The notes under the pieces were generated by a model. That model was given only the letters and a program-made list of their open reading frames with translations, had not been told where the DNA came from and ran no database searches. Position numbers and translations under genes: made by a program. A stretch of DNA of 64,000 nt, from contig JAZUAW010000056.1 in NCBI GenBank assembly GCA_045638225.1, forward strand, positions 8,480 through 72,479, in the 5' to 3' direction. This document shows, one piece after another, positions 45,728 to 58,622 of this stretch (positions within the stretch are counted from its first letter, which is position 1; each line of letters opens with the position of its first letter). This DNA comes from Faecousia sp. GTDB lineage: Bacteria; Bacillota; Clostridia; Oscillospirales; Oscillospiraceae.

Positions 45728-46786
45728 ATGCCCTTTGCGATTGTAAGAAATGACATTGTGAATATGCGGGTGGATGCCATCGTCAACACCGCCAACCCAC
45801 AGCCCATCATTGGAGCGGGGGTGGATTCTATGCTCCATGAAAAGGCGGGCCCGGAGCTGCTCATGGCCCGGCAGCGGATCGGTCCCATCCTCTGCGGTCA
45901 GGCGGCTATCACGCAGGCTTTTCGCCTCCACGCAAGGTTTGTGATCCACACCGTAGGCCCCGTGTGGGATGGTGGCAGCTATGGTGAGGAAGCCCTGCTA
46001 CGCAATTGCTATGAAAATTCCTTGCGGTTGGCCCGGGAAAATGGATGCCAGTCTATTGCATTTCCCTTAATCGCCACCGGCAGCTATGGTTTTCCGAAGG
46101 ATAAGGCTTTGCAGATTGCCATTTCTGCGTTCAGTACATTCCTGCTGGAGCACGAAATGCAGATTTACCTGGTGGTGTTTGACCGGAAGGCGTTCAAGCT
46201 GTCGGAGAAACTGTTCCAGGGTGTCGCCAGTTACATAGACCAAAATTATGTGGATATCTGCCAGCAGGCCGTGTATGGCGGCGCGGAAGAAATCCGCCGC
46301 AGTCGAAACTATCACCGTCGGGATATGGAGATTTACGAAAGCGCTGTGCTGCGTGAAAGCCTGTCCTGTGCGCCCATGGCGGCGACTAAAGCGACACCGA
46401 AGCCGAAAGCCGCTTCCCTGGAGGATATGCTGAAGCAAGCCGATGCCGGTTTCACCGAAACCCTGCTGAAGCTGATCGACCAGACCGGCAAGAAGGATTC
46501 GGAGATCTATAAAAAGGCGCTGCTGACCAAGCAGCATTTCTCCAAGATCCGCAATAATCCCCATTATAAGCCCACCAAACCCACGGCAATCGCGTTGGCA
46601 CTTGCTCTCGAGCTTGATTTGGAAGCCACGAAGGACTTGATCGGCAGAGCGGGCTATGCTTTGACCAACAGCAGCACCTTTGATCTGATTATCCAGTACC
46701 ATATCGAAAACAGAAAATTCAACGTGGTGGAGATCAATGTGGTGCTGTACGAGTTTGATCAACCTTTATTGGGGGCACAAATATGA
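45728..46786 (+). CDS. Macrodomain protein fused to a C-terminal XRE-like HTH
   Basis: VDAIVNTAN...GAGVD, VIHTVGP, SIAFPLIATGSYGFPK; C-terminal FTETLLKLID...IYKKA...FSKIR...PTKPTAIALALAL. Confidence 0.9.
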   Translation: MPFAIVRNDIVNMRVDAIVNTANPQPIIGAGVDSMLHEKAGPELLMARQRIGPILCGQAAITQAFRLHARFVIHTVGPVWDGGSYGEEALLRNCYENSLRLARENGCQSIAFPLIATGSYGFPKDKALQIAISAFSTFLLEHEMQIYLVVFDRKAFKLSEKLFQGVASYIDQNYVDICQQAVYGGAEEIRRSRNYHRRDMEIYESAVLRESLSCAPMAATKATPKPKAASLEDMLKQADAGFTETLLKLIDQTGKKDSEIYKKALLTKQHFSKIRNNPHYKPTKPTAIALALALELDLEATKDLIGRAGYALTNSSTFDLIIQYHIENRKFNVVEINVVLYEFDQPLLGAQI

Positions 46787-47208
46787 TTTACACAGATTTG
46801 ACGAAAAAGGCCATGAAGCTGTGCTTTGCGGCCCATAAGGATCAGGTGGACAAGAGCGGTCTGCCCTATGTGTTTCACCCTTTCCATCTGGCGGAGCAGA
46901 TGACGGACGAGTTGACCACCGTGGCGGCGCTGCTGCACGATGTAGTGGAGGATGCGCCCTATACACTCGCTGACCTGCGGAAGATGGGCTTCCCGGAGGA
47001 CGTATTGGCGGCGCTGGCGCTGCTGACGCACGATGACGAAATGCCCTATCTGGACTATGTGGCCCGGCTGAAAAGCAACCCCATCGCCCGGGCTGTCAAG
47101 TTAGCCGACCTGCGGCATAACAGCGATTTGACCCGCTTAGATTATGTGGACCAACGGGCACTGCAGCGAGTGGAGAAGTATCAGAAGGGAATAGAATTGC
47201 TTAAATAA
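46783..47208 (+). CDS. Small HD-domain hydrolase (SpoT/Mesh1-like)
   Basis: AHKDQVDKSGLPYVFHP, ALLHDVVED, VKLADLRHN. Confidence 0.85.
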   Translation: MIYTDLTKKAMKLCFAAHKDQVDKSGLPYVFHPFHLAEQMTDELTTVAALLHDVVEDAPYTLADLRKMGFPEDVLAALALLTHDDEMPYLDYVARLKSNPIARAVKLADLRHNSDLTRLDYVDQRALQRVEKYQKGIELLK

Positions 47209-47302
47209 TGAAAACGTCTCCTGGCAGTTGACCAAATGAATAACGAAACCTCCTATAATATGGGTGTAAGTTCAAACACGCCAGATTATAGGAGGTATTT
47301 TT

Positions 47303-47953
47303 ATGAAGAAAAATTTGACAGAGATCGTTTTTATCCTCGACCGCAGCGGCTCTATGGCAGGCCTGGAGGGGGACACCATTGCCGGCTTCAACGCCATGAT
47401 CGAGAAGCAGAAGAAGGAACCGGGACAGGCTATCGTATCCACGGTACTGTTTGATAATGTCAGCGAAGTGATCCATGATCGGGTGGATGTGCAGAACATA
47501 GCCCCTATGACCCGGGATGACTACTATGTCCGGGGCTGCACCGCACTGCTGGATGCTGTGGGCAAGGCCATCCGCCACATCGGCAATGTCCATAAGTATG
47601 CCCGTGAAGAGGATCGCCCGGAAAAGACCCTGTTCGTCATCACCACCGACGGCATGGAAAATGCCAGCCGGGAATACACCTATGACCGGCTGAAAGCTAT
47701 GATCCAGCGGCAGAAAGAGAAATATGGTTGGGAATTCTTGTTCCTGGGTGCCAATATCGATGCTGCCAAGGAGGCTGCACGATTTGGCATCGACAGAGAT
47801 CGGGCGGCGGATTATCACGCGGACAGCACCGGCACAGCCGTTGTGTATCAGGCTGTCAGCGAAGCGGTCTGCGCCGTCCGGGCATCCCGCCCCATGGAAG
47901 CTGATTGGAAGCGTAATATTGACAAAGATTACAGGACGAGAGGGAGAAGATAA
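47303..47953 (+). CDS. vWA-domain protein
   Basis: MIDAS DRSGSM, TALLDA, ITTDGMENAS. Confidence 0.9.
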   Translation: MKKNLTEIVFILDRSGSMAGLEGDTIAGFNAMIEKQKKEPGQAIVSTVLFDNVSEVIHDRVDVQNIAPMTRDDYYVRGCTALLDAVGKAIRHIGNVHKYAREEDRPEKTLFVITTDGMENASREYTYDRLKAMIQRQKEKYGWEFLFLGANIDAAKEAARFGIDRDRAADYHADSTGTAVVYQAVSEAVCAVRASRPMEADWKRNIDKDYRTRGRR

Positions 47954-47954
47954 T

Positions 47955-48746
47955 ATGTACGGCGCGATTTTGGGCGATATCATCGGCAGCCCCTTTGAAT
48001 TTGATCAGGGCAACAAGTGCAAGGATTTCCAGCTGTTTAGTAAGGGCGCTTCCTACACAGATGACACGGTGATGACCATCGCCGTAGCAGAGGCCTTTCT
48101 CTTTGCCCATACCCGTTCTGATGAGGCATGGCTCAAAACCCGCTTGATCCGCTGTATGCAGAAATGGGGCCGCCGGTATCCCAACGCCGGCTATGGCATC
48201 CGATTCAACCTGTGGCTGGCTATGGACGACCCCAAGCCCTACCATAGTTTTGGCAACGGCAGTGCCATGCGAGTGTCTTCTGTGGCGTGGCTATTTGAGG
48301 ATCTGGCTACTGTGCGCCGTATGGCAAGGCTTTCCGCGGAAGTCACCCACGACCACCCAGAGGGCATCAAGGGTGCGGAGGCTACCGCCAGCGCAATCTT
48401 CCTTGCGCGCACCGGCCATACCAAGGCCCAGATCAAGGACTACATCGAAGAGAATTTCCACTACGATCTCGGCCGCACCTGCGACGAGATCCGTCCCGGC
48501 TATCATCATGTGGAATCCTGTCAGGAAACCGTTCCTGAGGCCATTACCGCCTTTTTGGAGGGAGCGTCCTTTGAGGATGTGATCCGCACAGCGGTTTCTC
48601 TGGGTGGCGATTGCGATACGCTGACTTGCATCGCAGGTTCGATTGCGGAGGGGTTTTACGGTGTTCCGGAGGAGTTGAAACAGGAATGCAAGAGGCGGAT
48701 GCCCAAGGATCTGCGGCAGGTACTGCACCAGTTTGAAAATCGCTGA
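47955..48746 (+). CDS. ADP-ribosylglycohydrolase (DraG/ARH family)
   Basis: GAILGDIIGSPFEF, YTDDT, SFGNGSAMR, THDHP, GGDCDT. Confidence 0.9.
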   Translation: MYGAILGDIIGSPFEFDQGNKCKDFQLFSKGASYTDDTVMTIAVAEAFLFAHTRSDEAWLKTRLIRCMQKWGRRYPNAGYGIRFNLWLAMDDPKPYHSFGNGSAMRVSSVAWLFEDLATVRRMARLSAEVTHDHPEGIKGAEATASAIFLARTGHTKAQIKDYIEENFHYDLGRTCDEIRPGYHHVESCQETVPEAITAFLEGASFEDVIRTAVSLGGDCDTLTCIAGSIAEGFYGVPEELKQECKRRMPKDLRQVLHQFENR

Positions 48747-48751
48747 TATAC

Positions 48752-48781
48752 AAAAAAGCGGCACCTTTCAGTGCCGCTTTT
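48752..48781. terminator. Bidirectional terminator
   Basis: AAAAAGCGGCAC...GTGCCGCTTTT. Confidence 0.8.
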
Positions 48782-48786
48782 GTAAT

Positions 48787-49623
48787 TTAGAAAATGATCA
48801 GCAGGCCTACCAGAATGCCTACAATGGTGGAAAATGCGGGCAGCTTGCTGTGGTACATCAAAATGGACTGGGGCATGATCTCGCCGAACACCACATACAG
48901 CATGGCGCCGCTGGCGAAACCCAGGCTCATAGTCAGACCCAGCGGGCCGATCTCGCCCAGCAGATAGCCCAGCAATGCGCCCAGAATGGTGGGGATGCCG
49001 GAGGAGGCAGTGATCAGCACTGCTTTCCATTTGGCCATGCCGCCGCTGATCAGAGGCACAGAAACGGCCATGCCCTCCGGGATATTATGCAGGCCGATCA
49101 GCACGGCCAAAACCAGCGCGGCGCTGCCCATGACACCGTCGTTGCTGGCGTAGGAAGCGCCGATGGTCATGCCCTCAGGCACATTGTGCAGGGCGATGGC
49201 ACTGGCCATGACGATGCCGGCCACAAACAGACCCAGCTTGCTGTCCTTGCGGGCGTAGTGCTGCTCCAAGTGATTGCTGTGGATCAGTTCGTCCAGATCA
49301 TCGGCGGTCTTGGGGTGGTTGGCGTCGATGTGAGGCACTTCCGGGTTGGTCTTTTTGTCGATGAGATGATTGAGCAGATATGTGGCGGCTACGCCGAAGG
49401 CAATGGAACCGACCACCCACCAAAGACCTGCTTGGGTCTCGATAGACTCCACCACCAGATCAAAGCAGACCACGCTAAGCATCACACCGCCGGCAAAGCT
49501 CAGCAACAGGCTTACGGTCCTGTTGGAGTTTCGCTGCAGCATGGCGCCAATGAGGCCGCCAAGGCCTGTGCCTACTACGCCAGCCAGCGCGGTTGTGACA
49601 ATCAAAGTTGCAACAATGCCCAT
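48787..49623 (-). CDS. ZIP-family metal transporter
   Basis: SFAGGVML, ALHNVPEG, GLHNIPEG. Confidence 0.9.
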   Translation of the reverse strand: MGIVATLIVTTALAGVVGTGLGGLIGAMLQRNSNRTVSLLLSFAGGVMLSVVCFDLVVESIETQAGLWWVVGSIAFGVAATYLLNHLIDKKTNPEVPHIDANHPKTADDLDELIHSNHLEQHYARKDSKLGLFVAGIVMASAIALHNVPEGMTIGASYASNDGVMGSAALVLAVLIGLHNIPEGMAVSVPLISGGMAKWKAVLITASSGIPTILGALLGYLLGEIGPLGLTMSLGFASGAMLYVVFGEIMPQSILMYHSKLPAFSTIVGILVGLLIIF

Positions 49624-49889
49624 AATTTCTATCTCCTGTATCCGGAACTGCCTGCGGCAGTTACCCATGGCAAACTATTTTCGCTATCATACCACAAATT
49701 TCGACAAAATGCAACGCACAGAAAGGCGTTATCAAAAAGAATTTCAGGTTTTCGTTTGTCGTTCCGTTGCCAGGTTGCAGATTAAGGGGAGAGACAGTTA
49801 ACACGTTTTTGTCCGAAAGAAAATTCTCCGGCGCGCAGTTCATGTCATAGGCGGATTACTGCAAAGCAATGCGCAATATTTCTTGGTTG

Positions 49890-50480
49890 TTATATCTCGG
49901 ACTCCATTGCGATCAGAACTGCGCGGCAGGGAGCGCCGTCTGCACCCTGCAGGTTTATCGGTGCGGCGCTGAGGAAATAGTGGCCCTCCGGGATATCTTT
50001 CAATACGATGCCCTCCAGCAGAGCGATGCCGCGGCTGAGCAAGATTTTATGTACCTGCATAGGCGCGTTTTCCGGGCCGATAGTTTGACCCTCGTTGCCC
50101 AGCAGGCAGATGCCGGAACCGGCGAATACCTCTGCTGCCTCCGCTGTCACGGTTACAGGACCCGCGATCAAGATTCTGGGCGCACCAGCGGCTTTACTGA
50201 TAATATGAATTGCATCCGGGGCAGTTACATCGCCTGTGTGGTGGGAAACAAAGCAATCGCCCACGAAGATGGTCAGGTCCATCTGGTCCAGGGTTTTGCC
50301 GTCTGGCAGGAAATGAAAGGGCGCATCGATATGGGTGCCGTTGTGGGCGCACATGGAAAAGGCGGTCAGGTTGTAAAGGTCTCCCTTTGCGGTGGAATAC
50401 AGGCTCTGTCGTGCCGGTCGGGGGTCGCCGGGATAGACGGTGCAGGAGAAAACCTCCTGAGAAATGTCGTAGATCTTCAT
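49890..50480 (-). CDS. Cyclase/kynurenine formamidase family
   Basis: HNGTHIDAPFHF, DGAPCRAV. Confidence 0.85.
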   Translation of the reverse strand: MKIYDISQEVFSCTVYPGDPRPARQSLYSTAKGDLYNLTAFSMCAHNGTHIDAPFHFLPDGKTLDQMDLTIFVGDCFVSHHTGDVTAPDAIHIISKAAGAPRILIAGPVTVTAEAAEVFAGSGICLLGNEGQTIGPENAPMQVHKILLSRGIALLEGIVLKDIPEGHYFLSAAPINLQGADGAPCRAVLIAMESEI

Positions 50481-51355
50481 GCTTGTTCCTCCAAATCGAT
50501 AGGCAGGCGGAACAGGCGGATGGCGTTTTCAGCAGTGGCCTGCTCTACATCTTCGGGGGACAATCCCTTTAATTCTGCAATCTTTGCAATAACAGCCGGC
50601 AGGATCAGAGAGGTGTTCCGTGTCCGGCGCACCAGCTTGGGCGGCAGTACGTCCTTGCAATAAGGCAGGATATAGGGTGCGTCGGTTTCCAGAAGGATGC
50701 GATCCAGCGGAATGTGGCCCATCGCATCCCACAGCTCACCGGCTCTTTCCTCTTGCTGCAGCAGTGCGCCGCCAATGCCGATGTGGTAGCCCAACCTTAA
50801 ATACTGTTGGGCAATTTCTTTGGTGCCGTAGAAGCAGTGGATCACGCCGCCCAATTTGCGGGCGGGATGGTGCTTCAAAATACGCAGGGCATCCTTATGG
50901 GCCTCCCGGACATGGAGGATCACCGGTTTTTTTAGCTTCCACGCCAGATTCAGTTGGTATAGAAACCAGCGATATTGGGTCAAGCGATGCTGATCTTCTC
51001 GCTTGTAATGATAGTCAAGTCCCGTTTCGCCGATGGCAATGACGCCCTCTGCTGTGGCATAGGAGGCAAGCTGCTTCCGGTCAGCCCATTTTTCAAAAAT
51101 GGCCCGGGTAGGGTGGATACCCATGGCGGGAAAGAGCCGTCCGGAATGCTGCCGGCAAAGATCCAGCACCTCTTGGCAGGATTGCAGGCTTATGCCCGGC
51201 TCAATGGCATAGGGGATGTTGGCATCTTTCAGCGCGTCGAAAAGCTGGGAAAGATCACCTTCCTGGACGGAAAAACCGTTATCCCCATAGGTCAAGTATC
51301 GAAAGGGTTTTTTATAGGCACTGTTGTTATAATGGGCGTGGGAATCAATGATCAT
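50477..51355 (-). CDS. TatD-family nuclease
   Basis: IDSHAH, AIGETGLDY, LHVREAH, IHCF, LETDAPY. Confidence 0.9.
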   Translation of the reverse strand: MIIDSHAHYNNSAYKKPFRYLTYGDNGFSVQEGDLSQLFDALKDANIPYAIEPGISLQSCQEVLDLCRQHSGRLFPAMGIHPTRAIFEKWADRKQLASYATAEGVIAIGETGLDYHYKREDQHRLTQYRWFLYQLNLAWKLKKPVILHVREAHKDALRILKHHPARKLGGVIHCFYGTKEIAQQYLRLGYHIGIGGALLQQEERAGELWDAMGHIPLDRILLETDAPYILPYCKDVLPPKLVRRTRNTSLILPAVIAKIAELKGLSPEDVEQATAENAIRLFRLPIDLEEQA

Positions 51356-51380
51356 ATCCATCCCTCCTTCATGGGTCATA

Positions 51381-51418
51381 GACGAAACCTCCGGCCAGCT
51401 AAGCCGGAGGTTTTCGTG
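51381..51418 (-). terminator. Hairpin after atpC
   Basis: AAACCTCCGGC...GCCGGAGGTTT. Confidence 0.65.
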
Positions 51419-51439
51419 GTTTTTGTCTTGAAAAAGCGG

Positions 51440-53259
<1,820 letters not shown>

Positions 53260-53270
53260 TTAGAGTGTCA

Positions 53271-54110
53271 TTACGAACCGGCCACGATCTCGGTGATCTC
53301 CTGGGTAATGGCCGCCTGGCGGGCCCGGTTGTATTGCAGGCTAAGAGATTCGATCATTTCATCGGCATTTTTGGTGGCGGAGTCCATGGCGGTGCGGCGT
53401 GCGGCTTGCTCGGATGCCCGGCTTTCACACAGCGCGCCATAGAGGATGCCGCCAACATATTCCGGAATGATGGTATCAAAAACAGTTTGGCTGTCCGGCT
53501 CATACAGCGTATCGTTGTAGACTACTTTGCCGGTTTTCTGCCGCAGCAACGGCAGCAGCTGCAATGAGGCCGGTGTCTGGGACAGGATGGAAACAAAATT
53601 GGTATAGGCGATGCGCACTTCGTCATACTCGCCGTTACGGAAGGCTTTACAAATCATGTTGGCGGCGGTGAAGCAATCGCCAATGGAAACATCTTCCGCT
53701 TCGGCGTATTGCTCGGTCAAAATGGCGCATTTGCGACTGCGGAAGAAATCCGCGGTCTTTTTGCCGATGGGCAGCACGGTCACGTCCTTGCCCTCCATCT
53801 CATTCCACGCCAGCTTCAGCACATTGCTGTTGTAGCCGCCGGCAAGGCCGCGGTCGCCTGCGATCACGATCCATGCGGTCTTTTTCACAGGCCGGGCAGT
53901 CAGATATACGGAGGAAAAGTCTTGGTTGGAATCTGCGATCAGGTTGACCGTGTCATACAGGGTTTCAAAATAAGGCCGCGAGGAAGAAACTTGGTTCTGG
54001 GCCCGGCGCAGCTTGGAGGCTGCCACCATTTCCATGGCTTTGGTGATCTGCCGGGTGGAGGACATGCTCTTGATGCGGTTCTTGATCGCCTTAGAGGAAG
54101 TTCCGGCCAT
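53271..54110 (-). CDS. atpG: ATP synthase gamma
   Basis: ITKAMEMVAASK, RQAAITQEITEI. Confidence 0.95.
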   Translation of the reverse strand: MAGTSSKAIKNRIKSMSSTRQITKAMEMVAASKLRRAQNQVSSSRPYFETLYDTVNLIADSNQDFSSVYLTARPVKKTAWIVIAGDRGLAGGYNSNVLKLAWNEMEGKDVTVLPIGKKTADFFRSRKCAILTEQYAEAEDVSIGDCFTAANMICKAFRNGEYDEVRIAYTNFVSILSQTPASLQLLPLLRQKTGKVVYNDTLYEPDSQTVFDTIIPEYVGGILYGALCESRASEQAARRTAMDSATKNADEMIESLSLQYNRARQAAITQEITEIVAGS

Positions 54111-54123
54111 GGTCTAACCTCCT

Positions 54124-55638
54124 TTACGCGTTGGGTACAAATTCAGCCACCAGCTGGGAAATGGCGATTTTCAGCGCTTCTTCCGTATCCGGTTCCAGTT
54201 TGCCGGTGGCGCGGATGACGTCCAGAACGGCAAAGTGGCGGGTATCCATATGTGCTTCCAGACGGCGCTCAAATTCGGGGATCTGCTCCAGAGAAAGCTG
54301 ACGCAGATAACCCTTGGTCACGGCGTACAGAATGCACACCTGCTGAGCCACTTCCTTGGGCTGGTTGTTGCGCTGCTTCAGCACAGCCACGATCCGCTCG
54401 CCCAGAGCCAGACGGGCCTTGGTATCCGCGTCCAGATCGGAGCCGAACTGGGCAAAGCTTTGCAGCTCACGGTACTGAGAATACAGCAGCTTCAAAGAAC
54501 CGGCCACTTTCTTCATAGCCTTGATCTGGGCGTCACCGCCTACACGGGACACGGAGATGCCGGGGTTCACGGCAGGCATGATACCGGCGTTGAACAGCTC
54601 GGTTTCCAGGAAGATCTGGCCATCGGTGATGGAGATCACGTTGGTGGGGATATAGGCGGATACGTCACCTGCCTGGGTCTCGATAATGGGCAGGGCAGTC
54701 AAGCTGCCGCCGCCGTTGGTATCCGACAGCTGTGCGGCACGCTCCAACAGACGGGAGTGCAGATAAAATACGTCACCGGGATAGGCTTCACGTCCGGGGG
54801 GACGGCGGATCAGCAGGGAAATAGCCCGGTAGGCTACAGCGTGCTTACTCAGATCGTCGTAGATCACCAGCACATCCTTGCCCTGGTGCATAAAGTATTC
54901 GCCCATGGCGCAGCCGGAATAGGGGGCGATATACTGCATGGGTGCCAGCTCGGAAGCGGAAGCGGAGACCACGATGGTGTAGTCCATAGCGCCGCCCAGG
55001 GTCAGACTTTCTACGATCTGGGCAACGGTGGAGCGCTTCTGGCCGATGGCCACATAGATGCAGATCACATCTTTGCCCTTTTGATTCAGAATGGTATCGG
55101 TGGCGATGGTGGTCTTGCCGGTCTGGCGGTCACCGATGATCAGCTCACGCTGACCCTTGCCGATGGGGATCATGGCGTCGATGGCCTTGATGCCGGTCTG
55201 CAGGGGGCGGGAAACATGCTTACGGTCGATAATGCCGGGTGCCGGGGATTCGATGGGCCGATAGGCAGCGGCGGTGATGGGACCTTTGCCGTCAATGGGC
55301 GCGCCCAGCGCGTCCACAACACGGCCGATCATACCCTCGCCCACAGGGACGGAGACAACCTTGCCGGTGTGTTTAACGGTGTCACCTTCTTTGATGCCAC
55401 TGTCGGAACCCAAAATGATGGCGGCCACCGTTTCTTCTTCCAAACTCTGGGCCAGACCAAAGGCGCCGTTGGGGAACTGCAGCAGTTCGCCGGCCATGCA
55501 ACGGTCCAGACCGGATACTCTGGCGATGCCGTCGCCTACCAGGATGACGGTGCCGGTTTCCGCGGTTTCGATCTTATTTTCGTAGTATTTGATTTGGTTA
55601 CGAATGATCTTCGTAATTTCTTCAGGTCGTAATTCCAT
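54124..55638 (-). CDS. atpA: ATP synthase alpha
   Basis: [20 protein letters not shown]. Confidence 0.97.
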   Translation of the reverse strand: MELRPEEITKIIRNQIKYYENKIETAETGTVILVGDGIARVSGLDRCMAGELLQFPNGAFGLAQSLEEETVAAIILGSDSGIKEGDTVKHTGKVVSVPVGEGMIGRVVDALGAPIDGKGPITAAAYRPIESPAPGIIDRKHVSRPLQTGIKAIDAMIPIGKGQRELIIGDRQTGKTTIATDTILNQKGKDVICIYVAIGQKRSTVAQIVESLTLGGAMDYTIVVSASASELAPMQYIAPYSGCAMGEYFMHQGKDVLVIYDDLSKHAVAYRAISLLIRRPPGREAYPGDVFYLHSRLLERAAQLSDTNGGGSLTALPIIETQAGDVSAYIPTNVISITDGQIFLETELFNAGIMPAVNPGISVSRVGGDAQIKAMKKVAGSLKLLYSQYRELQSFAQFGSDLDADTKARLALGERIVAVLKQRNNQPKEVAQQVCILYAVTKGYLRQLSLEQIPEFERRLEAHMDTRHFAVLDVIRATGKLEPDTEEALKIAISQLVAEFVPNA

Positions 55639-55659
55639 ATTGGTACCTGCTTTCTTTCC

Positions 55660-56199
55660 TTAGAGGACAGTGTTTTCCAGCAAGCTGCGCAGGGAGTCCA
55701 TGCGATGGGCAATGGTGTCATCCACCTGCTTGCCGTCGTAATCCAGCCGTACGCCGCCCAGAACAGTTGCGTCTATTTTATTGGTCAGTTCCACGGTCTT
55801 GCCGGTAAGACTTGCCAGCTTGGCAGTCAGCCGTTCCTGCTGTGCCTGAGTCAGAGGCAGGGCAGTGGTGGCGGTGACAGGCAGAATGTTGTGGGCCTGA
55901 TTGTAGCGGTGGCGATAGGCCAGGCAGCAGCGGTCAAAATGACGCATATAGCCTTTTTCTGTGAGGATCTTCAAAAAATTCAGCACATAGGGCTGCACCT
56001 TGTCCCGGAAACTGTCGTCAAGGATCTGGCAACGGGCCTCTTTGGACAGGGCAGGATTGCTCAGCAGGCGGACAAAATCCGGCTCCTGGGCAAAGGCTTG
56101 CCGCAAACTGTCCAGCTGCTGGCCGATGGATGTGTCTAAGTTTTCTTCACAGGCCAGTGTAAACAGTGCCTCGGCATAGGTATTGGCGATCTCACTCAT
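55660..56199 (-). CDS. atpH: ATP synthase delta
   Basis: IANTYAEALF, VLGGV; operon position. Confidence 0.92.
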   Translation of the reverse strand: MSEIANTYAEALFTLACEENLDTSIGQQLDSLRQAFAQEPDFVRLLSNPALSKEARCQILDDSFRDKVQPYVLNFLKILTEKGYMRHFDRCCLAYRHRYNQAHNILPVTATTALPLTQAQQERLTAKLASLTGKTVELTNKIDATVLGGVRLDYDGKQVDDTIAHRMDSLRSLLENTVL

Positions 56200-56202
56200 A
56201 GC

Positions 56203-56703
56203 TTACTCACCCAACCCGTTGATAAACTCGTCCACCAGATCATTCTGGTCGGCGGCGTTCAGCTCCCGGCCAACTACCTTTTCGGCGATGGCCATAGCAA
56301 TACCGGAGATCTCATTTTTGGCATCATTGATGGCCTTTTTCTTCTCCAGAGCGATGTCAGCGGCAGCTTTGTCCATAATGGCGGAAGCCTCCGCGTTTGC
56401 CTGGCGAATAATCTCCTCTTCACGGGTCTGACCCCGCAGCATCGCGTCCCGCACGATCTGTTCGGAGGTGGTGTGGGCAGATTCCAGCTTCTGCTGATAT
56501 TCGGCCTGCAGCGCGTCAGCGTTGGCCTTGGCGCTGTCTGCCTGCCGGTACATGTCCTCCAGCTCACTTTGGCGTTCAGCAATGATCTTCAAAACAGGGC
56601 CGATCAAAAATTTTTTGGCTACAAAAAACAGCACAAGGAAATTGAGCAGAGTAAACAACGCGGTCCAGAAATTGACACCGATAAAGCTTTCAAAATAACC
56701 CAC
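56203..56703 (-). CDS. atpF: ATP synthase b
   Basis: TM + coiled coil; operon position; GTG start. Confidence 0.92.
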   Translation of the reverse strand: MGYFESFIGVNFWTALFTLLNFLVLFFVAKKFLIGPVLKIIAERQSELEDMYRQADSAKANADALQAEYQQKLESAHTTSEQIVRDAMLRGQTREEEIIRQANAEASAIMDKAAADIALEKKKAINDAKNEISGIAMAIAEKVVGRELNAADQNDLVDEFINGLGE

Positions 56704-56742
56704 TTCTGTTGTTACTCCTTTCGTAGAAATTAAATTTAGGGA

Positions 56743-57012
<270 letters not shown>

Positions 57013-57050
57013 CTAAGAATTGTTATAGAAAATGTTATGATTGGATATGG

Positions 57051-57947
57051 TTATTCTGCTTCTTCAGCAGGCGGGGGACAGGCACCGGAGATATACACCA
57101 TGCTCAGCAGGCTGAATACCAATGCCTGCACAAAACCGGAGAACAGGTCAAAATACACCGACAGCACCGCCGGGATGCCCAGCGCCAGCAGGGGGACACC
57201 TTCCAAAATGCCCAACGCCTGCAGCAGACCAAACAGACCCAGCACGCCGCACAGGATGCCGAAAACAATAAACCGCTTTTTGCCGGTCTTCATACTCAGC
57301 AGCAACAGTCCCGCGCAAGTTACCAGCAGAACGCTGCCTACCGCCACGCCGGACTTGGCGATCAGATTCAGCACCACAGCGGAGATGCTGGCCAGTGCGG
57401 TGTACAGAATGCTGCTGATCACGCCGCCACCGGCCACATTGCCGAAGTGACGGAAGGCCATGGAAATGGGCTGGGCGATCTCAGAGATGATGTTCATGGG
57501 GGTCATGACCACCACAGGCTCCGTAAAACCCTTCAGCCAACCGATAAAGCCGTTGTTTTTAATGTTGTTATACCAAATCACTGCCGATACGATGATGGAC
57601 CAGGTCAGCGTGGTGCTCAAATCTGCAGTGGTAGAGCGCAGAAAACCGGTCATGCCGATCAAACTGCCGCAGATGGAGCTGACAAAAATGGTGATGATGA
57701 AGGGTGTCCAGTGGGCGTTGTGGGCACCCATGGTGTCGACGACCATGTTGTGCATCATCGTCACGCCTTTTTCCACAAGAACCTGCTTGCCGTCGGGGCG
57801 CTTGGATAGGCCCTTGCCAAGCCAAACGCAAAGCCAACAAAGCACCACCGTCAAGATCAGGGAAGATACGGTGGTCTGGCTGATGGGGATGCCCCCAAAT
57901 ATGGGGATCTCAAAATATACAAAAGGACCGGTGACACTAACATTCAT
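57051..57947 (-). CDS. atpB: ATP synthase a
   Basis: PISMAFRHFGN, VQALVFSLLS. Confidence 0.93.
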   Translation of the reverse strand: MNVSVTGPFVYFEIPIFGGIPISQTTVSSLILTVVLCWLCVWLGKGLSKRPDGKQVLVEKGVTMMHNMVVDTMGAHNAHWTPFIITIFVSSICGSLIGMTGFLRSTTADLSTTLTWSIIVSAVIWYNNIKNNGFIGWLKGFTEPVVVMTPMNIISEIAQPISMAFRHFGNVAGGGVISSILYTALASISAVVLNLIAKSGVAVGSVLLVTCAGLLLLSMKTGKKRFIVFGILCGVLGLFGLLQALGILEGVPLLALGIPAVLSVYFDLFSGFVQALVFSLLSMVYISGACPPPAEEAE

Positions 57948-58348
57948 GCTTTGATCTCACCTGACTTTCGAAAAAATTCCGCTACGAACAATACGGGGCG
58001 GGTAAATGCCAGAGGCAGTACAGCGGTTAGCACATTGCCAAGGCCGCTCTTGACCAATGCGAACAGTGTTACAAACAGAACAGCCAGACGCACCATGTAG
58101 GAAAGCCGCATGACCAGTTGGCCGCCCTTGACATCCTGGGCCACTGCCTTTTCTGATGCCACGCTGGCGGCAATGGCCATAAAAAAGAAATTGGCCACAG
58201 CCAGCACACTGCCCGCAACACCGCCCAGCCAGATACTGCGGTCAAATTTTCCCAGCAACGCAAAAATACCGATCATTGCGCCGGTGCAGATGGCTTGTCC
58301 CAGGGCGACAATGCCGGTTTCGAGCAATACAAATTTACGGGAATCCAT
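57944..58348 (-). CDS. atpI: ATP synthase protein I
   Basis: 4-TM protein upstream of atpB; GGAGG RBS. Confidence 0.8.
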   Translation of the reverse strand: MDSRKFVLLETGIVALGQAICTGAMIGIFALLGKFDRSIWLGGVAGSVLAVANFFFMAIAASVASEKAVAQDVKGGQLVMRLSYMVRLAVLFVTLFALVKSGLGNVLTAVLPLAFTRPVLFVAEFFRKSGEIKA

Positions 58349-58367
58349 TGAGATTACCTCCGGGGCC

Positions 58368-58622
58368 TTAATCGTGGTCGTTAAAACAGGGGAGAGGCGC
58401 GTCCTTTTCCTTGGGCTCAGACAGACGCTTGAGGGTCTGCAGGGAAATGAGCAAACCGTCCAGTGCCAGCAGCATGCCAAGTCCGATGCCGACCCACAGC
58501 ACCCAAGCACCCCAGCCGCAGTCATCCCGCAGCCATAGCGCAAGCAGGATGCAAACTGCCGGCGGAACTGCCACCGAAAGACCCAATTGTGTCAGCCAAA
58601 CCAGTAAATGTAAGTCTTTCAA
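58368..58622 (-). CDS. atpZ: AtpZ/AtpI-family small membrane protein
   Basis: LTQLGLSVAVP...; TTG start after GGAG. Confidence 0.7.
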   Translation of the reverse strand: MKDLHLLVWLTQLGLSVAVPPAVCILLALWLRDDCGWGAWVLWVGIGLGMLLALDGLLISLQTLKRLSEPKEKDAPLPCFNDHD

